Below are positions 13,290-25,382 of a stretch of DNA of 64,000 nt, one piece after another. The translations under genes were made by a program, and so were the position numbers. How positions within the stretch are numbered: position 1 is the first letter of the stretch; every line of letters starts with the position of its first letter. The notes below the pieces were generated by a model, which made no database searches, was not told the origin of the DNA, and saw nothing but the letters and a program-made list of their open reading frames with translations. The stretch is taken from assembly GCA_035221665.1 (NCBI GenBank), contig CM069133.1, positions 17,732,001-17,796,000 on the forward strand, given 5' to 3'. The DNA is from Okamejei kenojei. Lineage: Eukaryota.

Positions 13290-13689
13290 CACGTTTCAAC
13301 TCCCCTTCCCATTCCCATACTAATCTTTCCGTCCTGGGCCTCCACCATTGCCAGAGTGAGGCCACATGCAAACTGCAGGAACAGCACCTCATATTTCACC
13401 TGGGTAGTTTACAACCCAGTGGTATGAACATTAAATTCTATAATTTTAAGTAACTCCATCTCGCACTCCCCTCCCCTCCGTCCTTGCCTCCTTCCGTTAA
13501 CCTAGTTGTTTTACCAGTTCCACAGTTCTGCACATCGTTCCTCATGAGATCACACCTATCTTAGCCAACAGTGTGCGCACCCGAGGTCAGTTGTGGACGG
13601 CCCTGATGAGTCCCGGTTTTTTCTGGCCTCCAGCTCTTCAGCCACCCCCCACCCCACCACTATCTACTTTCAGTCTGAAGAAGGATTCT
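13290..13689 (+). mobile_element. Penelope-like element 3' fragment (GIY-YIG C-terminus and pseudo-LTR); continues at 19897-19990 beyond the L1
   Basis: Encodes FNSPSHSHTNLSVLGL..CQSEATCKLQEQHLIFHLGSLQPSGMNI, followed by a ctgaaga...aaacgtc core. Confidence 0.8.
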
Positions 13690-13738
13690 TTTGTTAAGTA
13701 TTTTTATTATAGAAACATATTAATAAAAATTACATTGC

Positions 13739-13923
13739 TTTGCATAATTGAAAATACATGATATTAATGATATATTCATACTATTAATAATATTTGTATT
13801 ATCATTAATTTTAAAATTTAAGACTATATGTTTTGCATAATTGAAAATACATGATACTAATAATACCTTCATGATATTAATTATATTTATATTCTTATTA
13901 ATATTAAAATTTAAGATTATATG
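13739..13923. repeat. Tandem duplication of a ~93-bp AT-rich unit in the L1 3' UTR
   Basis: tttgcataattgaaaatacatgata...aaaatttaaga(c/t)tatatg occurs twice in tandem. Confidence 0.75.
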
Positions 13924-14079
13924 TTTCTGTACATTTCTTTTTTTTTTAAAGTAAGAAAAGATAGTGAAAAAGAGTATAAGAAATATGATAGTGAATGGAG
14001 TGTTAGTCATTAATCCGTCCTTGGAGATATAGGCATGATTTATTATATATATTTCTTCATCCATTCTAATATTCAGGCC

Positions 14080-17000
14080 TCAGTCAAGCCCTCGTACCGA
14101 GCCATTATGACCCTGTAAATATTTAATATATGGAGACCAAATCTCTCTGAAGAGATCTAACCTGTCCATTAGGACAAGCCTCAATCTCTCCAGATGAAGT
14201 GTCTCCGACATTTCTGTATTCCACATTTTGATTGTTGGGGATGTAGGGCCTTTCCAAAATTTTAATATTAATTTTTTCCCAATTATTAAACCATAATCAA
14301 TAAAAATTCTTTGATTCGTTGTTACTAATTGGTCTGTTTCCAGTATTCCTAGTATTATTAACTTTGGATCAGGAGTCAAAATTATATTGACAACATTCAA
14401 AATTATCCTAAATATTTCTATCCAGAATTTAGTAATTTTTATACAGTTTGTAAATGAATGTGACAGATTTGCTTCTAAATGTTGACATTTATCACATATG
14501 GGAGATACTTTTGGAAAGATGTTATGTAATTTAGATTTTGAATAATGTAGTCTATGTAGTATTTTAAACTGTATAAGAGAGTGTTTAGCATTTAACGAAC
14601 AATGATGTGTATGTTGTAAACTTTCATCCCATAGTTCTGGTCTTATAATTTGGCCTAGTTCATTTTCCCAAGACTGTCTATATATTTCTGTTGATGGAAC
14701 ATCACTTTCCAATAAAATATTGTATATATATGAAATCATTTTTTTTGTATTTGGATGTTTATTTAAGCATTCATCTAGAATTTCTATCTTTCTATTTCTA
14801 AGTTCTTGTGTATTTGCTGTAACATAGTTTCTGATTTGTAAATATCTAAAATAATCTTTAGTGTGTAGTCCATAAATTTGTTGTAACTCTTGAAATGAAA
14901 GGAAAGAGTTTTCCTTATAAAGATCTCTCATCTTAGTGATTCCCTTATTTTTCCATTGTAAAAAAGCTTTATCCATCATTGAAGGTTTAAACGTAACATT
15001 ATTTACAATGGTAAGAGATAATGGTATAGATTTTAGTTTTAATGTTTTCTTTATTTGTTTCCAAATGAGGATTCCATTTTCTATTATCGGATTTTCACTA
15101 TAAATTTTCTTAGCTAAATTAATATTAGCAAATATTATAGAACTAATTTCAAAGGGAGAACAATCTTCTTTTTCCATATTTAACCAAGTTGGTTGGTTAT
15201 CTATTTCTTCTAGCCAAAAATTCATATTTTTAATGTTGACTGCCCAGTAATAAAACATAAAGTTTGGTAATGCTAATCCTCCATTTATTTTAGATTTACA
15301 TAAATGTTTTTTATTTATTCTATGACTCTTATAATCCCAAATGAAGTTAGTGATTAGGGAATCTACCTTTTTAAAGAAATTTTTAGGGAGATATATCGGA
15401 ATTAATTGGAAGAGATATAATAATTGTGGAAGAAAGATCATTTTTATTGTATTAATTTTACCTAACATTGAGATAGGTAAGCTTTTCCAATATAAAATAT
15501 TCTTATTTAATTTATTCAATAATAGTGGGAAGTTAGATTTAAATAAAGAATCGAATCTTTTTGTTACGAAAATTCCAAGATATTTAATTTTTTCATTTGT
15601 TATCTTAAAAGGGAATTGTTGTAATATATGTAAATTATTCACCGTTATTGGCATAAGTTCACTTGTATTCCAATTGATACTATATCCTGAGAGAGATCCA
15701 AATTCAGTTATTAATTTTAACAAATTTCGGATACTAGTTTCTGGTTTTGAGATATAAAGTAATACATCATCCGCATATAAGGAGATTTTATTTTTAGTGT
15801 CTCTAGTATCATATCCATATATTTCCGGGTGTAATCTCACCCTCTGGGCAAGAGGTTCTATTGCAAGGACAAACATAAAGGGGATAAAGGGCAACCTTGT
15901 CTACAACCTCGAGATAAATTGAATTTAGTTGATAACATTCGGTTTGTTGTTATTCTAGCTGTCGGATTTGTATATAACAATTTAATCCAAGTGATAAACT
16001 TCTCTCCCAGTTTGAAAGCTTCCATAACCGAAAATAGGTAAGGCCATTCCACTTGATCGAAGGCTTTCTCTGCATCAAGCGAAATAACTACTAGGTCTTT
16101 TTTAATACTTCTTTTCGAATATATAATATTAAATAACCGTCTTAGATTATATGAGGAATATCGTTTTGGTATAAATAGGAAGAAGGGTCTCGGGAAACGT
16201 CGCCTATCTCCTTCGCTCCTTAGATGCTGCTGCACCCGCTGAGTTAATATCCAGCTTTTTGTGTATTTAAAAGAGCATTGCTCTAAATGATCCTGGTTCA
16301 TCCAAGTCTTTATTTATTTTAGGTATAAGTGTTATAATAGATTCATTCAGCGTTTCTGGTAATTTCTGCTGTGTATATATCTGTTGATATAATGATTTCA
16401 GACGTGGAACCGTCTGATCATGAAATATTTTATAAAATTCCGAACCAATACCATCTGGTCCCGGTGTTTTACCATTTTTTAATGATCTAATAGATTCTTG
16501 GATTTCTTTTGTTGAGATATCAGCATTTAATAATTCTCTATTTTGTAAATCCAACCCTTTCAGGTTACATTTTTTTAGAAATGCTTCTATTTCTGTTTTA
16601 TTTTCTGTTGTTTTAGCCGTGTATAAGTTTTTATAATATTGCATAAATCTTTCAATAATATCTTTAGGTTGTATTAGCAATTCGCCGTTATGTGAGTTGA
16701 TCCTATGGATTATTTTTTCGGCTTCCATTTTCCCTAATTGGCGAGCCAATAATTTTTGGGGTTTATCTCCGAATTCAAACTGTAATTGTTTGGTATGTTG
16801 ATAAAGTTTTACAAATTGATCTGTATATATTTTTATTTAATTTATATTTCAATGCTGCAATTTTATTGTGTAAAATTATAGCTGGGTTCATTGCATTCTG
16901 TATGTCTAATTGTTTAATCTCCCTTTCCAAATCTTGTTGTTCCTTACGATTCTTTTTATTATAAAATGCTTGGGAGGAGATCATAATTCCCCGGAGATAT

Positions 17001-17899
17001 GCTTTAAATGTTTCCCATAATAAGGAGCAAGATATTTCCGGTTGATCATTTATTTCGAAAAAAATCTTAATTTGTGCTGTGATATATTCCTGAGTAGTTT
17101 TATTTTTTTTAATTTGTGGGTTAAATCTCCACTGTCCTGAGTTTTCTGTTTTACAATTTATTTTGATCTTAAATGTTAATGGTGCATGATCTGAAATTAT
17201 AATATTGTGATATTTGGATTCATAAGTAAGTGAGATAAGTTTTGCGTCCACCAAAAAATAATCTATTCTTGAGTAGGTTTTATGTACTGGCGAATAAAAG
17301 GAATATTCTCGTCCAGTAGGGTTTTCTATTCTCCAAACATCTTTAATGTTAGTCGTTTGCATGTATGCGTTTAATAAGTCACTGGAATGTGATTTAGTTT
17401 TCCTTTGCCTTGTAGATCTGTCTAAATAGGGGTCTAGTGTACAATTAAAATCTCCTCCAATTATTAAATTGTATTGTGTTAGTTCCGGAATATTATTAAA
17501 TACTTTCTTAAAAAACAATGGGCTATCAAAATTTGGTCCATATATATTAACAAGAATCATTTTTTGTGTGTTTAATTCTCCTATCACAATAATGTATCTG
17601 CCATCTTTATCAGTTATAGTTGATGTATGCTTAAATAAAGTACCTTTACGAAGTAATATTGCTACGCCTCTTGATTTATGCGTGAAAGAAGAGTGATACA
17701 TTTTATCTATCCATTTAGCTTTCAACCTATGTTCAGCGTCTTTTTTTAAGTGAGTTTCTTGAATGAAAATTACGTCAGCTTTAGTTGCCTTTAAATGTGC
17801 CAATACTTTTCCTCTCTTTATCGGTTCATTAATACCTTTAACATTCCAACTACAGAACGTTAATCCCTCATTCCCCGTATTCATTTTTGAGTCTTGCAT
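14080..17899 (-). pseudogene. L1 ORF2p (APE endonuclease, RT, C-terminal cysteine-rich region), disrupted
   Basis: Motifs SWNVKG, QETH, GGDFN, SRIDY, SDH, PGPDG, SLDAEKAFD, RQGCPLSP, YADD and CDKC..H..C. Split by frameshifts near 16820, 16278 and 15890, and by a foreign segment at ~16176-16264. Confidence 0.92.
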
Positions 17900-18897
17900 C
17901 TTTTGTTTATGGAGGTCTACAATAGAGTCTATGGTTCAGCCCGACAGACCCGACCTTACACCCGAACATCGAATAGATGAATTTTAAGTCTTGTGTATGT
18001 CTCTCACGAATATATCTCCTTTGGTCCAATGTATAACTCCATTCAAACTGAAAAACACAATAGATTATATAAAAGAAAAGCAAAGGATAGATTAAGAGGT
18101 TAGTATTGTGCATAAAGAGAGAAAAAACTACATCTAGAGTTGTTGCAGTTAGTGCTAGCCATACTAGCATGGCTAACCATCTACCGACTTCCGTCGTTGA
18201 TGTTATTAACTTAACCAGCTCCCAGGCTTTTGGAATTATTATTCCATAATAATATTTTACTGGGGGTATAGCATTAAGGGAAAAAAAAAAGAAAGGGTAA
18301 AAAAACGGGAAAAAAAATGAAAAAAATTAATTAAAAGGGGGCAAAAAAAGAAAAAGTTTATCAAATTATATTGATTAAAGATATAGAAGTACCTATATCT
18401 GAAACTAATTTAAAAATCTAAGTAATATTAAAAATGAAAAATGAAAAGGCTATAAAAAAGAAAATAAAAAACCCCATAAAACAAAAAGTAAAACAAAAGG
18501 TCAAAGTGAAAATTGCTGTTATAAAAAAAGATCTCCAAATGAAATCCATCCCTATATTTGACTCTATTCATTCCGACAAAAATGAACATTAGTTATTAGT
18601 TATTAGTAGTAGTGATTAGTAGTAGTGAGCTATCTTAATAAGTAGAAATAATACTGATAATAATACCGCGTTGTGGTTTTAATATTTGTTAGTTATTTAT
18701 TTATATTAGTAGTGTGATTATACTAATTGTTAGTATCCACGTGAGGTCTTCCAATCCACTTCTTTCTCCAGCTTCCATCCGACCTTGTCCGATCCGTCCA
18801 GTCCAACGTTATCTTGTGAAGTCTTACAGAGTCTTGAGGATTCTTGTGAAGTCCATAAAAGTTCGTGAAAGTCAGTATATTCAATGGTAGATATTTC

Positions 18898-19770
18898 TCA
18901 GGTCTTGATCTGCCGGGCGAAGTCCAGTGCTGCTGTTGGGCTGGCAAAGAAATGTTCCGTGTTGTTAAAAGTAACTCTTAAAGTCGCTGGATAATTCAAA
19001 CCGTATCTCAGATTTTCCACACCCCTCATAAGACTTTTAGCTTCGTTAAATGCTTTCCGTTTCCTGGAAACTTCTGCTGGATAATCTCGGTAGATACTGA
19101 TCCTTTGTCCTTCGAATTCCAGGTTTCTGTTTCTCGAGGCTTTTCGCATAATCTCGTCCAGGACAAAGTCATATTGTAGCTTTATAATCATTTGTCTTGG
19201 AGGGGCGTTTGGTCTTGTCTGATGTCTCCTGACTCTGTGAGCACGGGCTAATAAAGGCTTTTGTTCCAGAGATAGAACATGTTGCAGTAAGTTCGCAGTA
19301 AATTCTCGAGGATCTTCATCTTTCTCTCGTCCTTCGGGAATACCTGCAATTCTTAGATTTTGTCTTCTCGGGCGACCTTCTAGCTCAGTACATTTCTCAG
19401 TTATTTCGTTAGTCATTTCTGTAATTTCTTTCTTCAATTCTTCCAATAATTTCTTGGTCTTGATATTAATATTTGAATTTGTTTCCTGTTGAAATTCTTT
19501 CATTTGATTGTTCATCTGGTTCATCTGATTGTTCATCTGGTTTATTTCTTCCCTTAAACCAGCAATCTCATGTGAAATAAAAGTTTTCAATTCCTCACCT
19601 TCAGTTTTTTTCCCTGTTCTTTTCGATACATCTTCTTGGGATGAGGCCCTACTCGAGTCCGAGGCTTCAGTTTGGCCTTCTGCCGGTCTCTGCCTGGTTG
19701 ATCGACTTTTCGCTTTTTCGGTAGGGCTGCGTGCTGTAGACATAACTAGTCGCGCGCCTGATGACGTCAC
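18898..19770 (-). CDS. L1 ORF1p (coiled coil, RRM, CTD); intact, likely start ATG at 19743
   Basis: Motifs RRQNLRIAGIPEG, RAHR, PRQMIIKL, GQRISIYRDY and YPATLRV are typical of L1 ORF1. Confidence 0.9.
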   Translation of the reverse strand: MTSSGARLVMSTARSPTEKAKSRSTRQRPAEGQTEASDSSRASSQEDVSKRTGKKTEGEELKTFISHEIAGLREEINQMNNQMNQMNNQMKEFQQETNSNINIKTKKLLEELKKEITEMTNEITEKCTELEGRPRRQNLRIAGIPEGREKDEDPREFTANLLQHVLSLEQKPLLARAHRVRRHQTRPNAPPRQMIIKLQYDFVLDEIMRKASRNRNLEFEGQRISIYRDYPAEVSRKRKAFNEAKSLMRGVENLRYGLNYPATLRVTFNNTEHFFASPTAALDFARQIKT

Positions 19771-21309
19771 TCACAACAATCGGTGCAGAAACGGCAGGCA
19801 GCAGGCAGCAGGTAGGTCCGTTAATCCCCCGTTTTTTCCCGTTTTTTTCACGGAGCTGGCTGGCGTTATCCTCTAGCCCTCCATAGCGCCACCGGAAGTC
19901 TGAAGAAGGATTCTGACCCAAAACGTCACCCATCCTATTGCTCCAGAATTGCTGCCTGACCTGCCGAGTTACTGCAGCACTTTGTGTGTGTCAGCAGTAA
20001 GAATCCTTGTGTCTATTATGCCTCCTTAACCACAGACTGCTTGAGTGTCATCCAATAAAATGATATCTGCTTCTTTGCCTTAGGTGATCTGAGCTAGATG
20101 ACATCTTGACCCCCATTAAACATGTACAAATTAGCAAGCAATATCCTTCTCTGCAGTGGAGGATTGCAGAGATTTAAACTCCTTAGTGTAATGAGTAATG
20201 ACTATTGTTCCCTAAACCCAGTTGTAAATGGCCAACCATTTATTCTGAGACAACGTCCCACTCATTCTAATCCTCTAATCAGGGAAAACAAACACGGATT
20301 ATTTCCTGATAATCCCTCTCATATTTTTCTCAACTCTAGTGAGCGATTGTAGGTCAACGGCCTACTTCAAACGGCCAACTCCCTTATTCACAGAATTAAT
20401 CTATTGAATTGTACTGACTTCCTTCTTGGGGGACGGATGAAACTCTGAACATTGTTACAAACAAAATTGACCAATGTTGTACAAAGATTTATTTATTTTC
20501 AAGCTCCAATCTACTCTCAGTAAAGGCTGCCATAACATTGCCCCGAAATGAAAACAGTTTTCTGTTTCTCTTTCCACAGATGCTGCCTGAGTGTTCCTCA
20601 GCTTTCCCATCATTTTCCTTTTTTTTTTAATTTTCAGCGCCTGCGGTGCTTTCAATCCGTTTGCCTTCGTTATTGTTTGCTCTACATAGACAGAAATTAC
20701 TTCCAACACTTCAAAGATTTCAAAGGCCAGTTTCTTGTCACCTGTATCAATTAAGGTACAGTGAAACTCGATGACCATACAGCCATACTAAAAAAAGCAA
20801 CAAGACACATAACTACATAAAATTTAGCCTCTGCAGTCCGTCTGTGTCCTTTAAAACATTTTTGTCCTGTTAAGTGCATGTTTTGGTGGTAGTTTCCTTA
20901 CTGACTGTAAGGAAAATCCATTTTGTTGTCTCTAAAATGAGATAATGACAATAAATTGAATACAATACAATGTCTTCTTTTTAGCTGTGTATATGTGGGG
21001 GAGGTGAGGGGGGGGGGGAACTTTTAAATCCCTTCCCTGTACAGGGGACCCGACCTTTTCCCTGTCGGGTCTCCGTTGTCGTTGGGGCCTAGCACCGTGG
21101 AGCAGCCTCCGACCGGAACGTTCTGTGGCTTGTTTGTATGACTGCAGAAACGTAATTTTGTTTGAACTTAGGTTCAAATGACAATAAACGTTATTCTATT
21201 CTATTCTATTCTATTCTAACATCCAACCACATCGGATTCCCCACGTTCCTCACCAAAGTCTAATCTTCTTCCCTCTTTACAAGCATACCAAGGTACCTCT
21301 CTCACTGAA

Positions 21310-22020
21310 ACCTACAGAATTATGAGGGGCCTAGATAGAGTGGATGTGGAGAGGATGTTTTCACTCGTGGGACTAGAGGGCACAGACTCAGAATAAAAGG
21401 TCGTACCTTTAGAATGGAGATGAGGAGGATCATGTAAGATTATTAAGGGTTTGGACACGCTAGAGGCAGGAAACATGTTCCCGATGTTGGGGGAGTCCAG
21501 AACCAGGGGCCACAGTTTAAGAATAAGGGGTAGGCCGTTTAGAACGGAGACAAGGAAAAACTTCTTCACACAGAGTGTTGTGAATCTGTGGAAGGTAGTG
21601 GAGGCCAATTCTCTGGATATTTTCCAGAGAGAGTAAGATAGAGCTCTTAAAGATAGCGGAGTCAGGAGATATGGGGAGAAGGCAGGAACGGGGGGTACTG
21701 ATTGTGGATGATCAGCCATGATCACAGTGAATGGCGGTGCTGGCTCGAAGGGCCAAATGGCCTACTCCTGCACCTATTGTCTGTTGTCTATTGAATGAGG
21801 GTGGTGAATCTGTGAAATTCATTACCGCAGATGGCTGTGGAGTCAAGTCATTGGGTATTTTTAAAGCGGAGTTCGATAGATTCTTGATTAGACAGGGCGT
21901 CAAAGGTTACGGGAGAAGGCAGGAGAATGGGGAAGAGATGGATAAATAGACCAGTCATGGTTCAATGGTGGAGCAGATTCGATGGGCAGAATGGCATAAT
22001 TGCGATCCAAAGTCTTTTGA
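21310..22020 (+). mobile_element. CR1 3' fragment nested in another CR1 3' fragment
   Basis: Encodes RTRGHSLRIRGRPFRTE; two 3' UTRs present. Confidence 0.8.
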
Positions 22021-22769
22021 CATAGGACTTCAAAATGGCACCGAAAACTGGCAACGCTGTATATTGTCTCAGGTTATAACTGCTTTATGCTTGTGCTGTA
22101 TCTGTGATGTTTATCCAAGATGTGGCTAAGTGCTTATATATAGTTATACGTACTGAACTGTGTACAAAAATGAATTTCATTGTACCTTGGTACACGTGGG
22201 AAATAAAGAACTATTGTACCATGATCTTATGATTTGTATTTCTCCAGACTGCAGCTGGAAGTAAACATAAGCAAGCAATGCTGTAATGCAGAGTCTCGGT
22301 CAAATTAACATGGCACTAAATCTCCTAAACCATTCCGCTGCATCTCTGCCATTCCCAAGTCGACAATTTATATTGTTATTGCGAATTCATTGCAAATAGG
22401 TCACTTGTGTTTGGAAACTTTTACAGTAAGTGTATCTCTCAAATACAATTATTTGAAAAGAGCGATAAGAAGGGGGTTAAATTGGAACATTTTAAAATAT
22501 TTCTCTCATTACTTTGTCAAACACTAAAATAGGATATTCCTATCTGAAGTGTAATGTTGAATATAACTTTGCCATTTTAACTGTTTTGCAGTTATGTGGA
22601 AACACGTTGAGTTCTTACCGTTCGCAATGTTTTAAGTCAGCATTCAAATTATATTTTATACATCTACTCCATGGCTTTCACGATTCAATATAGCCGTATT
22701 TATTATCAATTTCAACGGGTGTTAGATCAAAGAATTGTTCAGTTGCGACCAGTACAGCAAAGAATTCCA

Positions 22770-23065
22770 GTGGCACGGTGGCGCAGCGGTCGAGTTGCTG
22801 CCTTGCAGCTCCAGAGACCGGGTTCGATCCTGACTACGGGTGCTGTCTGTACGGAGTTTGTACGTTCTCCCCGTGACCGCGTTGGTTTTCCCAGAGTGCT
22901 GCGTTTTCCACCACACTCCAAGATTTGTAGGCTAATTGGCTTTGGTAAAAACTGTAAATTGTCCCGTAGAGTGGTCTAGTGTAACAGGGATTGCTGGTAG
23001 GCGCGGAGTCTGTGGGGCAAAGGGCCTGTTTCTGTGGTGTATCTCAAACTTAAACTAAACTAAAT
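22770..23065 (+). mobile_element. HE1-like SINE
   Basis: A box tggcgcagcgg, B box ggttcgatcc, (taaac)n tail. Confidence 0.82.
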
Positions 23066-23161
23066 TGAGACTTAACTTGCAGACCATGCAGTGCCATCAT
23101 CCACTGCACCAGAATTGCTTTACACACGTGATATTTCCGTTCGTGACTTATAGTTTCTTAC

Positions 23162-23287
23162 TTTCCAATGCTTCTTTCATTTGTGCTCTTCTGTTGGCTG
23201 CGTGATACCAGATGATTTCCAGGGCATCTTTGGAACGGATTCTTTCTTGCTTAAAAAAGTACTCCACTGCGTTTTCTCCACCGCCAC
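23162..23287 (-). CDS. FAM151B: FAM151B exon 2
   Basis: Encodes GGENAVEYFFKQERIRSKDALEIIWYHAANRRAQMKEALE, with the menorin-family WYHAAN motif. 126 bp; canonical splice sites. Confidence 0.93.
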
Positions 23288-23419
23288 CTAAACGACAAAG
23301 CAGTTTTTAGGTGGTCATAATCAGAAAAGGAAATATTTTTGCATTGAGCTTTCATATGAGGTCGTGTGGGAATATTACTTCAAGGAGTTACAGGGGCTAA
23401 GAGGATTGTTTTTCTACAA

Positions 23420-24702
23420 TGGGTTGTGGGCCGAACATCAAAAATGTGTCTAGAAATCAACTTTAGCGACCCATGTCACGGAACTACATTACATTTTGCA
23501 CAGATTTAGATAAAATATAATTGAGAAGGAATTCATTACTCGTCAGTGTCAAAGGTTGCACATTAATTAATTAAACTAATTAGAAAATGAGATCGAAAAG
23601 GTAAGCGTCATCTAGTGTCCAATGCTCATATTATATGGGGAGCCTATTTTCTCATGGGCCTATTTTCGTGTTGCAGTCTATTTAAACCATATATTATCAT
23701 ACCCCATATATGTGAATATGACTGTAATCATATATAATGATGTATAATTATATTATATAAAAGTAATATAATTAATATAATAGTGAGTGTGTATTTTGAA
23801 TGAGACTGCCGCAGAGGTCCGGTTCCTGAACCAGCCTAATTAATGGGTGAGGGTAGTTCCTGTGGGTTCCCATTTACTGAACCTCCCACTGACTACCAGT
23901 GTGCAGAGTGGGGGTCACGGCCATAATGTGACTGGGGCAGTGCCAGGCTGGGGGAAGGTTAACGCATCTTCAACTGACTGGAAAATGTCAGTTAACCCTA
24001 ACCCTAACTCGCCCCCCTTCCAGAGCTGCCCACGGCTGGAGCTGGAGCCACTTTGGGACCAGCAGCTCCGTCAGCCTGCCCGCTCACTCACTGCAACACC
24101 GGCCTACCGATAGCCCGACCGACCCCTCGCAGCACTCACCAGTGGCCCGGCCACTCTCACCATCCACCGGAGGCCCGGACACTCTCACCACCCACCGGCA
24201 GCCCAACCGACCGACTGACCCTGACCCTAATCCTAACCCTAGCTCTACATTTGCTATTTATCATTTTTATTTAACTGTTCACATCATGATAAAGATAAAT
24301 CAATGATGAAAAACAAAATGATCAGCAAGGTGAGCTTTATCTTTATTCCTTTGAAACCTTGTTATTGTTTTGATGTAATTAGCAAAGACACTAGAGGAGC
24401 TCCTCTAGTATCTTTGGTAATTAGGAGGCAGCCATGATCACAGGGTCCTCGCTGTCTAGCGACCAAAGCGCGGGATTGGTCAATTTGCGTCCGACCTCAA
24501 TGTCAAACATGCATTGAATGGACAATTACTACTCGGAAAATTGGAAGTTTTTCTCATATTTCAACAAAATGTGCAGGTTTTGGTCTTGACTAGTTTCAGG
24601 TATGATTTATATAATATTTTTACACAACATGTTAAAAAACTCAGGTAGTTCCGTGAGTTGGGTCACGAACTTGAACGAAAAAGCTCCTCGGCCCACAGCC
24701 TA
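23420..24702. mobile_element. Non-autonomous DNA transposon with TRG...CTA termini and a 3-bp TSD (Academ-like, tentative)
   Basis: TIR tgggttgtgggccga/tcggcccacagccta; caa on both sides. Confidence 0.65.
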
Positions 24703-25042
24703 CAAAGAGTATTAGTAGAAACTATCACAGGCTAATTTTGAGGCAGATTCTAACTTTACACAGAAATTAAGTCAGATGTTTTCAGTTTAAAATAGCCATA
24801 TGAAGAATGGGTACAAACACAAGAGCAATCTATGCCGGAATTTCTGCAGAAATAAATGGTGGTGATATCATTCAAAACGATTGTCATCAATTAAGCGCCA
24901 AAATAACTTTAGGCAGTGACACACCCCACAAAGGCCAGTAACACCAACACTCCATTAGCCCTAAAAAAATCAAACTTCGAACAACGAGGCCAGTTCACTT
25001 CCCTCCACAGATGCTGCCGGACTCAGTGAGTTCAAGCACTTA

Positions 25043-25274
25043 TAGGCCTGTGAGCCGACCATCGAAAATGTGTCTAGAATTTAACTTTCGTGAACCATGT
25101 CTGGTATCTCCTTGAAATTTGGCAGATTTAGATAAAATATAATTGGAAAGTGGCACACGGATTAATTAAGCTAATTAGAATTTCAGGTATGATTTCTTTA
25201 ATATTTTTACACAATATGTATAAATACAGGTCAGATTTGGGTCACGAAATGAAACGAAAAGGCACCATGGTCTA
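25043..25274. mobile_element. Short internally deleted relative of 23420-24702
   Basis: taggcc...ggtcta termini with a tta TSD. Joins the left- and right-end sequences of the longer copy and interrupts a Penelope pLTR repeat. Confidence 0.7.
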
Positions 25275-25382
25275 TTAGATTATTGCTCAGGATTCCAGCA
25301 TCTGCAGTCTCCTGTGCCTCTCGAGCACTACAGCCTGCATTTAAGGGAGCAAGACATTCCAAAGTGCATCACAGGACAGTTC

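Larger units (their letters stand above)
13690..19896 (-). mobile_element. Near full-length L1-clade LINE (~6.2 kb) in FAM151B intron 2
   Basis: ORF1 plus APE-RT ORF2. 18-bp TSD agtctgaagaaggattct at 13672-13689 and 19897-19914. The 5' end begins at the cttccggtggcg motif; AATAAA lies near the 3' end. Confidence 0.95.

Noticed and set aside
13720-14064. 114-aa hydrophobic ORF
   Set aside because: Lies in the AT-rich, tandemly duplicated L1 3' UTR.
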